Source: Candidatus Dormiibacterota bacterium
Lineage (GTDB): Bacteria; Chloroflexota; Dormibacteria; Aeolococcales; Bog-877
Direction: 5' to 3'
NCBI GenBank assembly: GCA_049790415.1
Contig: JBAQYY010000102.1
Span: 1,069 to 65,068, forward strand
DNA length: 64,000 nucleotides
Under the pieces are notes generated by a model. That model did no database searches. It was not told the DNA's origin and was given only the letters and a program-made list of their open reading frames with translations. The first letter of the stretch is position 1. Each line of letters opens with the position of its first letter. Position numbers and translations under genes: made by a program. Below are positions 45,374 to 53,139 of this stretch, one piece after another.

Positions 45374-47070
45374 GACCGGCGTCCACGATGCCGACTCTGG
45401 CCGTCGGCGTCGATGGAGTCCTGCCTGGCCCCAGTTCACTCGCTCCGCGGCGAGGGAACTGGCGTACTGCGTTGGGAAGGTCGGCCAGCGGGGCCCGTGC
45501 CATCGCGCACGAGGGCCCCTTGATCTTCGTCGGCTCGCTGAGCGCCTACCTGGCGGCTGCCTACTACCTCGTCTTCCGGCTTAACTACGTCGCGCCGGAT
45601 GCCCTCTCCCGCGTTGCCAACGCCTTCTATGTTCTCTATTCGCGCGATCCCCACCTGGCCGCCATCGGAATGATCTGGAATCCGCTCCCGAGCTTCCTCG
45701 AGCTGCCACTGGTGGCGCTCAAGAGCTGGCTTCCGTGGTTGGTTGACCGCGGTTTTGCGGGCAATGTAGAGACGGCCTGCTTCGGTGCCGGAGCGGCAAC
45801 CGTGGTGGCCGTCTTGCTTCGTGATGCGGGCGTGGGACGTGCCCTGCGGATAGGGCTGGTCGCGGTTTGGGCCCTCAATCCGATGGTGTTGCTCTACAGC
45901 AGCAATGGCATGAGTGACATCACCTTGATGTTCTTCCTGCTGGCGGCGGGTTGGCTGCTGTTGCGCTGGTTACGCAATCCCCGCGACATCCTCCTGGTCG
46001 GTCTGGGCGCTATGGTGGCGGCTGCGACCCTGGTGCGCTATGAGGCCATCCCCTTCGCCGGCCTGGTGGCCCTGGTGGTCGTGGTTCGCGAGCACCGGGC
46101 GGGGAGCAACTGGAGAGAGTTGGAGGCGAGGCTTCTCCTCTACGGCCTACCAGTGCTTTTGGCAATCCTCTTCTGGGTGGGTGCCAATGCCGTGATCATG
46201 CACAACCCCCTGTACTTCCTCAACGGTTCCTACGCCAATCTCTCCCAGACCCAATCGACGCACGCGGGACAGCTGGCAGCGCTTCGACTGGAGACGTGGC
46301 CCGCTGCGGTGCGCTTCGTCGCTACCGAGTCAGTCCAGCTCTTCCCGGCATACCCAGCCCTGGTGATACTGACGCTGCTGCTGTCCGTGTGGCGACGCCA
46401 GGCTTTGCTCGGCATCGGACTCGCGCTGATGTCCACGGCTGCTCTGATGATGATGGCCTACTTGATTCATCGCGGCGGATTGGCACTCTACCTCCGCTAT
46501 TTCGTGAGTGTCATCCCTTTCAGCTTTGTCCTGGCGGCGTATTGCCTCAGCCTGGTCCGTCACCGCCTTAGAGAGCGTGCTCTGGCTGGGGTTCTGCTCC
46601 TCGCCTTCGCCGCCAGCGGAGCAGCCAGCTATCTGGCCATGGCCAACCCCGGACTTGGCGTCGAAGAACATGCCGCGGTCGCCGCTGCCCGCCAAAATCG
46701 GCCGCTCCAGTCCAGTCCCATCCTCCAGGAGCTGCGCTTGGGCCGGGTCATCAACCGCTTGGACCGCGCCCATCATCTCGTCCTGATTGATACCTTTGAA
46801 GGCGGGCCCCTGGTTCTAGGCAGCCCCGACCCGAGGCTCTTCGTCGTCACCAGCGACCTTGACTTTGAGGCGGCTCTGAATGATCCTCAGGCGTATCGCG
46901 TCGCCTACTTCGTCGTTCCCGAGCCCATCGGTGACGGCAAGCTCGACGCCATCAATCGCCGCTACCCGGGGCTTTGGGAAGACGGTGATGGCTTCGCTAC
47001 TCAGGTAGCCCAGCTCGGTTCCGGGGTGCAATGGCGCCTTTACCGGATAGTCGGACCTGCCCCTCAGTGA
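45370..47070 (+). CDS. Polytopic membrane protein, GT-C-like (ArnT/PMT/DUF2079-type) glycosyltransferase or polymerase candidate
   Basis: About 12 hydrophobic helices in the first 400 aa (YYLVFRLNYVAPD..., RYEAIPFAGL), then a soluble ~150-aa C-terminal domain. ATG overlaps the GT2 stop (ATGA). The family assignment is tentative. Confidence 0.5.
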   Translation: MRPASTMPTLAVGVDGVLPGPSSLAPRRGNWRTALGRSASGARAIAHEGPLIFVGSLSAYLAAAYYLVFRLNYVAPDALSRVANAFYVLYSRDPHLAAIGMIWNPLPSFLELPLVALKSWLPWLVDRGFAGNVETACFGAGAATVVAVLLRDAGVGRALRIGLVAVWALNPMVLLYSSNGMSDITLMFFLLAAGWLLLRWLRNPRDILLVGLGAMVAAATLVRYEAIPFAGLVALVVVVREHRAGSNWRELEARLLLYGLPVLLAILFWVGANAVIMHNPLYFLNGSYANLSQTQSTHAGQLAALRLETWPAAVRFVATESVQLFPAYPALVILTLLLSVWRRQALLGIGLALMSTAALMMMAYLIHRGGLALYLRYFVSVIPFSFVLAAYCLSLVRHRLRERALAGVLLLAFAASGAASYLAMANPGLGVEEHAAVAAARQNRPLQSSPILQELRLGRVINRLDRAHHLVLIDTFEGGPLVLGSPDPRLFVVTSDLDFEAALNDPQAYRVAYFVVPEPIGDGKLDAINRRYPGLWEDGDGFATQVAQLGSGVQWRLYRIVGPAPQ

Positions 47071-48419
47071 CGCCGTCGGGAGAGTACGCGACGTCCTTGC
47101 CACACCACGCCTAGGGCGAGCACCAGCAGGATGGCCGCGACCAAGGCCGGGAGCCAGCTCGTCCCAACACTTGCGATCACCGATTCATTCTGCTGAGCGC
47201 CACTGAGTTGAACGGCAGAACGCCCGCTCCCTTCCGTTCTGACAAGGTGATCGCCGCCCCAATCCGGGACACGTGCCTGGTTGGGCGTCTCAGTCGCCCG
47301 GGGGGCGGCGGCAATGCCGGTCGGGGTCGGGGCGGGACTGGGTGCGACCGAAGAGGCCATGACCGAATACCAGTACGCCACCGCCTCCCCGGCCGAGTTG
47401 AGCTGCAGGGTGGTGGGGTCGACGATTCCCTCCCCCTGCGTCTCACCGATGTCACGCCAGTAGTTGAAGCCGATGACATAGGGCAACTGCGCCACCGCCG
47501 CCAGGACGGAATTGACCTCAGGGCCCATCAGGGTCAGATTGCCGTCATCCCAGATGTCCCCCCACTCCCCCACAACCAGGGGCACGTGGTAGGTGGCCTC
47601 GATCTGGGCCAGGTTGGCGACCAAGGCCGCAGGCGACTGGAAGTAGTCGTCAACAGCGAGGACGCCCATGTCTTGCACGGTGGCTTGGCTGAGATAGCCA
47701 TTGGTGGCAATCCAGCCGTTGGTTCCCCAGTAGCCGACCTGGACGTTGAGGTGGAGGCTGGCGAAGGCGTCGCGATCGACGGTCATGCTGTCCTGGAGCC
47801 ATTGGTTGTAGACGGAAACGCTGGAGAACATGCAGTTGCTCGTACAAAGGGGAGATATTCCAGCGTTTTCCGGTTCCGCGGCAGGAGTGAAGGTGTCACC
47901 ACTCTGGAAAAGGTCAGCATTATCGAGAATCCAGTGGTAGGTGAGAGCCAGGTAGGAGGTGGTGTCCTGGCCGTCCAACACCGCGTTCGCTGTTCCCAAG
48001 GCGCGAGCCGGACTGCTGGTGGGGGTTTCCTTGGGGAATCCGTAATCGCCTTCCCAGCTATTCCAGTGGGAGCGGAACCAGACGTGCAAGCCGAGCGAGT
48101 GAGCGGCCTCGCTCCAGGTCGGCTCGTAGCCCGGAGCGACCGGCGGCGAGTATGTGGCAGCGGCGTCGTAGGGAACTTCAACCGCAACCGTGTCGGCCCC
48201 GGTGTCGCGGTCGGTGGTGAGCAGTTGAGCGATGCTGGACGGGGAGGCTTGATTGCGCAGTTGGTCTTTGGACCAGGCCATGGTGTCGACCGAGCGCAGC
48301 GACCAGGTGGGACTGCCAGCAGCCGCAGCTGAGGCGGGCAAGACAGATCCCCCGACTGCGGCCAACCCCAGGCCGAGCGCCGTCAGGGCACTTCCCCAAC
48401 GCCAAATCCAGTTCCGCAC
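47064..48419 (-). CDS. Secreted TIM-barrel glycoside hydrolase candidate (clan GH-A-like) with a C-terminal hydrophobic anchor plus Arg tail
   Basis: Signal peptide (ALTALGLGLAAVGGSVLPASAAAAG). VVGEWGDIW is a typical GH-A nucleophile Glu context. C-terminus ...ASVGTSWLPALVAAILLVLALGVVWQGRRVLSRRRH. Convergent with the GT operon. Confidence 0.55.
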   Translation of the reverse strand: MRNWIWRWGSALTALGLGLAAVGGSVLPASAAAAGSPTWSLRSVDTMAWSKDQLRNQASPSSIAQLLTTDRDTGADTVAVEVPYDAAATYSPPVAPGYEPTWSEAAHSLGLHVWFRSHWNSWEGDYGFPKETPTSSPARALGTANAVLDGQDTTSYLALTYHWILDNADLFQSGDTFTPAAEPENAGISPLCTSNCMFSSVSVYNQWLQDSMTVDRDAFASLHLNVQVGYWGTNGWIATNGYLSQATVQDMGVLAVDDYFQSPAALVANLAQIEATYHVPLVVGEWGDIWDDGNLTLMGPEVNSVLAAVAQLPYVIGFNYWRDIGETQGEGIVDPTTLQLNSAGEAVAYWYSVMASSVAPSPAPTPTGIAAAPRATETPNQARVPDWGGDHLVRTEGSGRSAVQLSGAQQNESVIASVGTSWLPALVAAILLVLALGVVWQGRRVLSRRRH

Positions 48420-48544
48420 CAGCCTAGATTGGCCGATCGCGGGGCCGATTGGGGGGGCGACACGGGACCGCTACCGGAGCGTAACCGGTGCCGCGCCCAG
48501 GTCCTCTGGGTGCCTCCCAGCGCCGCTCGCTAAGCTCAGATTGC

Positions 48545-49249
48545 GTGAAGCTGGCCGGCAAAGTGATGATCGTGACCGGTGCCTCCTCGGGCATTGGCGA
48601 GGCAACCGCGCGGCTGGCCCACCGCCAAGGGGCGCGGCTAGTGCTGGCGGCCCGACGAGCTGACCTGCTCGCCAACCTCGCGGAGGAACTCCGTGGGGCC
48701 CTCGCGGTTCCCACGGACGTGACCTCCGCTGCGGCCATCGGAGCGCTCCGCGACCGAGCCCTGGCGGAGTTTGGAACTGTCGACGTGCTGGTCAACAACG
48801 CCGGCCAAGGGCTCCATGTGGCGCTCATGGAAGTCAAGCAGGGCGACTTCCAGGCGGTCTGGCAGCTGAATGTGATGGCACCCCTGGCCTTGATGCAGGC
48901 TGTGGTACCCACCATGGCCGCCCAGGGATCGGGGGCCATCGTCAACGTCAGTTCCGGCACCTCGCTGCGGGTGATTCCCGGCCTGGGCGCCTATGCCGCG
49001 ACCAAAGCGGCGTTGAACATGATCTCCCAAATAGCCCGGGCCGAGTTCGCCGACCAGGGTGTGGTCGTCTCCCTTGTTTACCCTGGAATCACCGATACCG
49101 AATTCCACCAGTCGCTGCGAGCCGGTCGGCGCCCGAGCGCTTCTGGCGGGATGTACGCGGCCCCCCGGGAGGCGGTGGCGGAGGTGATCGTTGCGGTTAT
49201 CGGGTCGGGTGCTGCCGAAGCTCAAGTTCCCCGGCCGGCGAAGACTTGA
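48545..49249 (+). CDS. Short-chain dehydrogenase/reductase (SDR)
   Basis: KVMIVTGASSGIGEATARLA (TGxxxGxG), NNAGQG, and the Y-x3-K region (YAATKAALN). GTG 48545 is preferred over the track start 48488. Confidence 0.8.
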   Translation: MKLAGKVMIVTGASSGIGEATARLAHRQGARLVLAARRADLLANLAEELRGALAVPTDVTSAAAIGALRDRALAEFGTVDVLVNNAGQGLHVALMEVKQGDFQAVWQLNVMAPLALMQAVVPTMAAQGSGAIVNVSSGTSLRVIPGLGAYAATKAALNMISQIARAEFADQGVVVSLVYPGITDTEFHQSLRAGRRPSASGGMYAAPREAVAEVIVAVIGSGAAEAQVPRPAKT

Positions 49250-49299
49250 CGCCGTAACGTTCACGGAACGCAGCTGGCCTATGGTCCGGCCTAGCCCTT

Positions 49300-50487
49300 T
49301 TGCTGAGGAGGATTCCGCTGAGCAGTAAGCGATCCCTCGCTGCCGGCACGGTTCGGTCTCGTCTCCCGGCGTTGGCCGTGGTCATCGGCATAGCTACGTT
49401 CTTAGGCTGCGTGGTCACGGCGGTGCTGGTGGACCGGGCCTGGGGTCCCGGCAACGCATTGTGGGTCCTCATCTGGTTGGCTTCCCCTCTGGTGGGCGGC
49501 CTGACCGCCGCTCTGCGACCAAGAAATGCCATCGGGTGGGTCCTCTTGGCCGTGGGAGTCGTCGGCGTGACCAGCCAACTTGCCTTCGCGTATTCCCCGG
49601 GGCCGCACCCCACAGATCTGCAGGCCGTGGCGCTAGCCAGCGGTCTTCCCCTCCTCTATCTAGCGATGACTCTGGTCGGGGTCTTGGTCTTGCTCTTCCC
49701 GAGCGGCACCTTCGCTCCTGGCTGGCGTCCCAGGCTGGTACAGATACTCATCGTTGATTGGATCGTGGGAACGATTGACTCGTACTTCACACCGTGGCTG
49801 TCGGGGGATGCCCGGAACTACCACAACCCGCTGAGCGTCCGCGCTTGGGATGGATTGGCCAATACGGTGAGTCACTTCGTCACGATTTTCTACGTCGCGT
49901 TCTTGCTGATTGCGGTGGCCGACGCGCTCCTCCGGCTGCGCCGATCTCGCGGTATCGAGCGACAGCAGTTCAAGTGGCTCGCCTATACCAGCCTTCTGCT
50001 TGCCCCCGCAATTATTTTCGCCTCGGTGACGCCGACGAGCTGGTGGTGGTCGGTGTTTCCCGTTCTGGTTGCCGCCAACGGATTGGCGGGGAGCATCGGT
50101 CTGGCCATCGCACGCTACCGCCTCTACGACATTGACCGCCTTGTTTCGCGAACGTTTTCCTACCTACTCGTAGTGGGCCTTCTGTTTGGGGTGTATGTTG
50201 GCTGCGTTCTGCTGATGACAACTGTGCTGCCACTCCGGGGAAGTGTCAGTGTGGTCATCGCGGTGCTTGTTGCTGTCGCGCTGTTTGCTCCTCTGCGAGC
50301 GCGAGCCCGAGCGGCGGTCGACAAGCGCTTTAACCGCTCCCGCTACGACGCCCAGGCCGTGGTTGATGCCTTCGCCGGGCGGCTCGGCGAACAGGTAACG
50401 CTGGAGGTGATCACATCCGACCTTCTCCGTGCCGTCGACGAAACGGTTCAGCCCAGCCATGCCAGCCTGTGGCTGCGCGGGCCCTAG
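49300..50487 (+). CDS. Polytopic membrane protein resembling the N-terminal sensor module of certain histidine kinases, with no kinase domain
   Basis: 10 or more hydrophobic helices. RYRLYDIDRLVSRTFSYLLVVGLLFG resembles a motif recurrent in membrane sensor domains. No HisKA or HATPase region is present. Confidence 0.5.
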   Translation: MLRRIPLSSKRSLAAGTVRSRLPALAVVIGIATFLGCVVTAVLVDRAWGPGNALWVLIWLASPLVGGLTAALRPRNAIGWVLLAVGVVGVTSQLAFAYSPGPHPTDLQAVALASGLPLLYLAMTLVGVLVLLFPSGTFAPGWRPRLVQILIVDWIVGTIDSYFTPWLSGDARNYHNPLSVRAWDGLANTVSHFVTIFYVAFLLIAVADALLRLRRSRGIERQQFKWLAYTSLLLAPAIIFASVTPTSWWWSVFPVLVAANGLAGSIGLAIARYRLYDIDRLVSRTFSYLLVVGLLFGVYVGCVLLMTTVLPLRGSVSVVIAVLVAVALFAPLRARARAAVDKRFNRSRYDAQAVVDAFAGRLGEQVTLEVITSDLLRAVDETVQPSHASLWLRGP

Positions 50488-50789
50488 TCCGGATTCCCGG
50501 GGCCCGTCCGGGCGATCCGGCACCGACTCTGATCGATCGCGACCCCCTCGTCTGAAAGAAGCTGTGCCTGGCGCACCTCGTGTCCTGGCACCAGTCTGCC
50601 CTGGCTGGTGACAACTCGCCACCAGGGCAGGCCCTCGGATTTGGCCAGGACTCTTCCTACGGCGCGAGCCGCCCCGAGGTAGCCGGCCATAGCGGCGACT
50701 TCGCCGTAGGTGAGCACTTCGCCGGGGACGGTGTCGCCCAGCACTCGGGCAACTGCCTCAGCCAACGACCTGCCAGCGCGGTTGGACAT
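50484..50789 (-). CDS. Alkyltransferase-like (ATL) protein: an MGMT-family DNA-binding domain with the active-site Cys replaced by Trp
   Basis: LTYGEVAAMAGYLGAARAVGRVLAKSEGLPWWRVVTSQGRLVPGH. The MGMT signature PCHRVV reads PWWRVV here, the hallmark of ATL proteins such as S. pombe Atl1 and E. coli YbaZ. Confidence 0.65.
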   Translation of the reverse strand: MSNRAGRSLAEAVARVLGDTVPGEVLTYGEVAAMAGYLGAARAVGRVLAKSEGLPWWRVVTSQGRLVPGHEVRQAQLLSDEGVAIDQSRCRIARTGPGNPD

Positions 50790-50886
50790 AACGTCAATCT
50801 AAACGGGATGTCCTTTGGCGACCGTGGCGACCGTGGGTAGCTCTGCCCGTGAGGCCATCTAACCCGCGCCCGACTATCCTCCCTAC

Positions 50887-51888
50887 ATGGCCTTCACGGG
50901 GACGGATATCGCTCAGATCGACATCGACGCTGCCGTCGAGCGGGTTCTTCCGCGGGTCCATCGAACTCCCCTACTCCACTCGCGCCTCCTCGATGAGCGG
51001 GTGGGCTCCCGAGTTTGGCTCAAGGCGGAGAACTTCCAACGCTCCGGTTCCTTCAAGGCTCGAGGGGCTTTCAACGCTGCTCTGGTCGGCCTGGAGGCAG
51101 GCGACCAGCGTGGCCTCTTGGCGATCTCGTCGGGGAACCATGGCCAAGCCGTGGCGCTGGCCGCGTCCGAATTGGGCCTAGCTGCGACGGTTGTGATGGC
51201 GGGCAAGTCATCGCCGGTGAAGAAGGAAGCGATCCGCGCTTATGGAGCTGAGGTGGTGAGCGAGGGAGTCACCATTTCCAATCGAGAGGAAATCGCTGCG
51301 GAACTGGCGTCACGCCACGACCTGCGGGTGATCCATCCCCACGATGATCCTCACGTCATCTCCGGGCAGGCGACGGTGGGGTGGGATTTGGCCGAGGACC
51401 TCAAGAGCCGAGGCGTAGCCAATCCGTTGGTATTGGTGCCCTTGGGGGGCGGCGGTCTTCTCAGTGGCGTCGCGCTCGCCCTCAAACGGTTCGTCCCTGG
51501 AGCCGTGGTTGTCGGCGTCGAGCCCGAAGCCGGTAACGACGGCCTCCTGTCACTCGCCTCCGGCAAGCGCGTGTCGCTTTCAGCGGAACCAGTCACGGTG
51601 GCTGATGGAGCGGCCACGATACGCCTAGGTTCACTCTGCTGGGAAGTGATTAAGCGAGAGATCGCGGAGATCCGAACGGTTTCCGATAGGCAACTCGGTG
51701 AGGCTTGCTGGTGGCTCTGGAGCCGTTGCAAGCTGGTGGTCGAGCCGACCGGGGCTCTCGCTGCAGCTGCGGCGATTGGAGCCACTGAGTCGCCTGGGGA
51801 TCGGGACACTGTGTGCGTGCTCTCGGGAGGAAACTGCCTTCCCGCGCAGATTGCTGCGCTCATCGGAGATGGCGCCCAGGCAGGCTAG
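50887..51888 (+). CDS. PLP-dependent threonine/serine dehydratase family (threonine ammonia-lyase / serine racemase-like)
   Basis: KAENFQRSGSFKARGAFNA (PLP-binding Lys motif), SSGNHGQAVALAA and LGGGGLLSGV (the glycine loop). Confidence 0.75.
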   Translation: MAFTGTDIAQIDIDAAVERVLPRVHRTPLLHSRLLDERVGSRVWLKAENFQRSGSFKARGAFNAALVGLEAGDQRGLLAISSGNHGQAVALAASELGLAATVVMAGKSSPVKKEAIRAYGAEVVSEGVTISNREEIAAELASRHDLRVIHPHDDPHVISGQATVGWDLAEDLKSRGVANPLVLVPLGGGGLLSGVALALKRFVPGAVVVGVEPEAGNDGLLSLASGKRVSLSAEPVTVADGAATIRLGSLCWEVIKREIAEIRTVSDRQLGEACWWLWSRCKLVVEPTGALAAAAAIGATESPGDRDTVCVLSGGNCLPAQIAALIGDGAQAG

Positions 51889-51915
51889 TCTGCTACTTCG
51901 GCTGGGCGGGCTGAC

Positions 51916-53127
51916 TCAGACCAGCAAGCGCTCGATTCTGGCCATCCCCTCTTCCAGCTTGTCGTCCGCCAGAGCGTAGGAAAGGCGGAGGTGGCCGGGC
52001 GCACCGAAGGCCTCTCCAGGAACCACGGCCACCTTGGCCTCATCGAGGAGGAGCCCGGCCAGTTGTTCTGAGGTGTCAATCTGTTGCCCCCCGATCTCCC
52101 GGCCGAGAACCCCGGTCACCGAGGGGAACACGTAAAAGGCACCGTCCGGGGGCGGGCACTCGACTCCGGGCAGACGTTCCAGTCCGGCCAGCATGAGATC
52201 TCGGCGCCGGGCAAAGGCGCGCCGCATGGTCTCCACCGATGCGCTGCTCGAGCGCAGACCGGCCAGGGCCGCCCACTGGGAGACGTTGCTGATGTTCCCG
52301 CATACGTGGGACTGCAGATTGCTGGCGGCAGCGATCACCGGCTCCGGCCCGATCATCCAGCCCACTCGCCAACCGGTCATGGCATAGGACTTGGACATCC
52401 CGTTGAGACGGACGGCTTGATCGGCCAAGCGGGGAATGAGTTCCACCAAGGAGTGAAATTCCACATCGCCATACGTGAAGTTTTGATAGATCTCATCGCT
52501 CACCACCCAGAGGCCCCGCTCCACCAACCAGTCCCCGATCGCCACCATTTGGGCCTCCCGATACATGGCTCCGGTTGGGTTCGAAGGAGACACGAAGAGT
52601 AGCGCCCTGGTGCGCTCGGTCAGGTGTCGGTCGAGGTAGTCCACTGAGACCCGATAGCCGTGCGTTTCGTCAGCTGGAACGACGACCGGAACCCCACCCG
52701 CCAGGGTTATCGCCTCGGGGAAAGTCACCCAATAGGGACTGGTGATCAGGACTTCGTCGCCCGGGTCGAGCAGGGTGGCGAAAGCGTGCGCCACCGCCTG
52801 CTTGGTGCCACTGGTCACCAAGACGTTGGCGGCGCTCAGCGGCGGGCCCCCTTTTGCACTGGTGGTTTCGGCAATCGCCTGGCGCAGCTCGGGCAGTCCA
52901 GCCGCCGGCGTGTAGTGCTGCAACCTGTGGTCTCCGCAGGCGGCGATGGCAGCCTCCACCACTTCCGGCGGGGTGGGAAAGTCTGGCTCGCCAGCGGCGA
53001 AGGACACGATGTCCTCCCCGGCGGCGGTCAGTTCCCGGGCCCGCCGTTCCATGGCAAGAGTCGCCGATTCGGCGATCGCGCCAACGCGCCGCGAGATGCC
53101 CGAGCGGGCGGCGACTGGCTGACCCAT
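51916..53127 (-). CDS. Aspartate/aromatic aminotransferase, class I (AspC family)
   Basis: FAAGEPDFPTPPEVVEAA..., SPSNPTGAMY, and LNGMSKSYAMTGWRVGW (PLP Lys in SKSY). Start ATG at 53127. Confidence 0.85.
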   Translation of the reverse strand: MGQPVAARSGISRRVGAIAESATLAMERRARELTAAGEDIVSFAAGEPDFPTPPEVVEAAIAACGDHRLQHYTPAAGLPELRQAIAETTSAKGGPPLSAANVLVTSGTKQAVAHAFATLLDPGDEVLITSPYWVTFPEAITLAGGVPVVVPADETHGYRVSVDYLDRHLTERTRALLFVSPSNPTGAMYREAQMVAIGDWLVERGLWVVSDEIYQNFTYGDVEFHSLVELIPRLADQAVRLNGMSKSYAMTGWRVGWMIGPEPVIAAASNLQSHVCGNISNVSQWAALAGLRSSSASVETMRRAFARRRDLMLAGLERLPGVECPPPDGAFYVFPSVTGVLGREIGGQQIDTSEQLAGLLLDEAKVAVVPGEAFGAPGHLRLSYALADDKLEEGMARIERLLV

Positions 53128-53139
53128 ACAATTCCCTCG

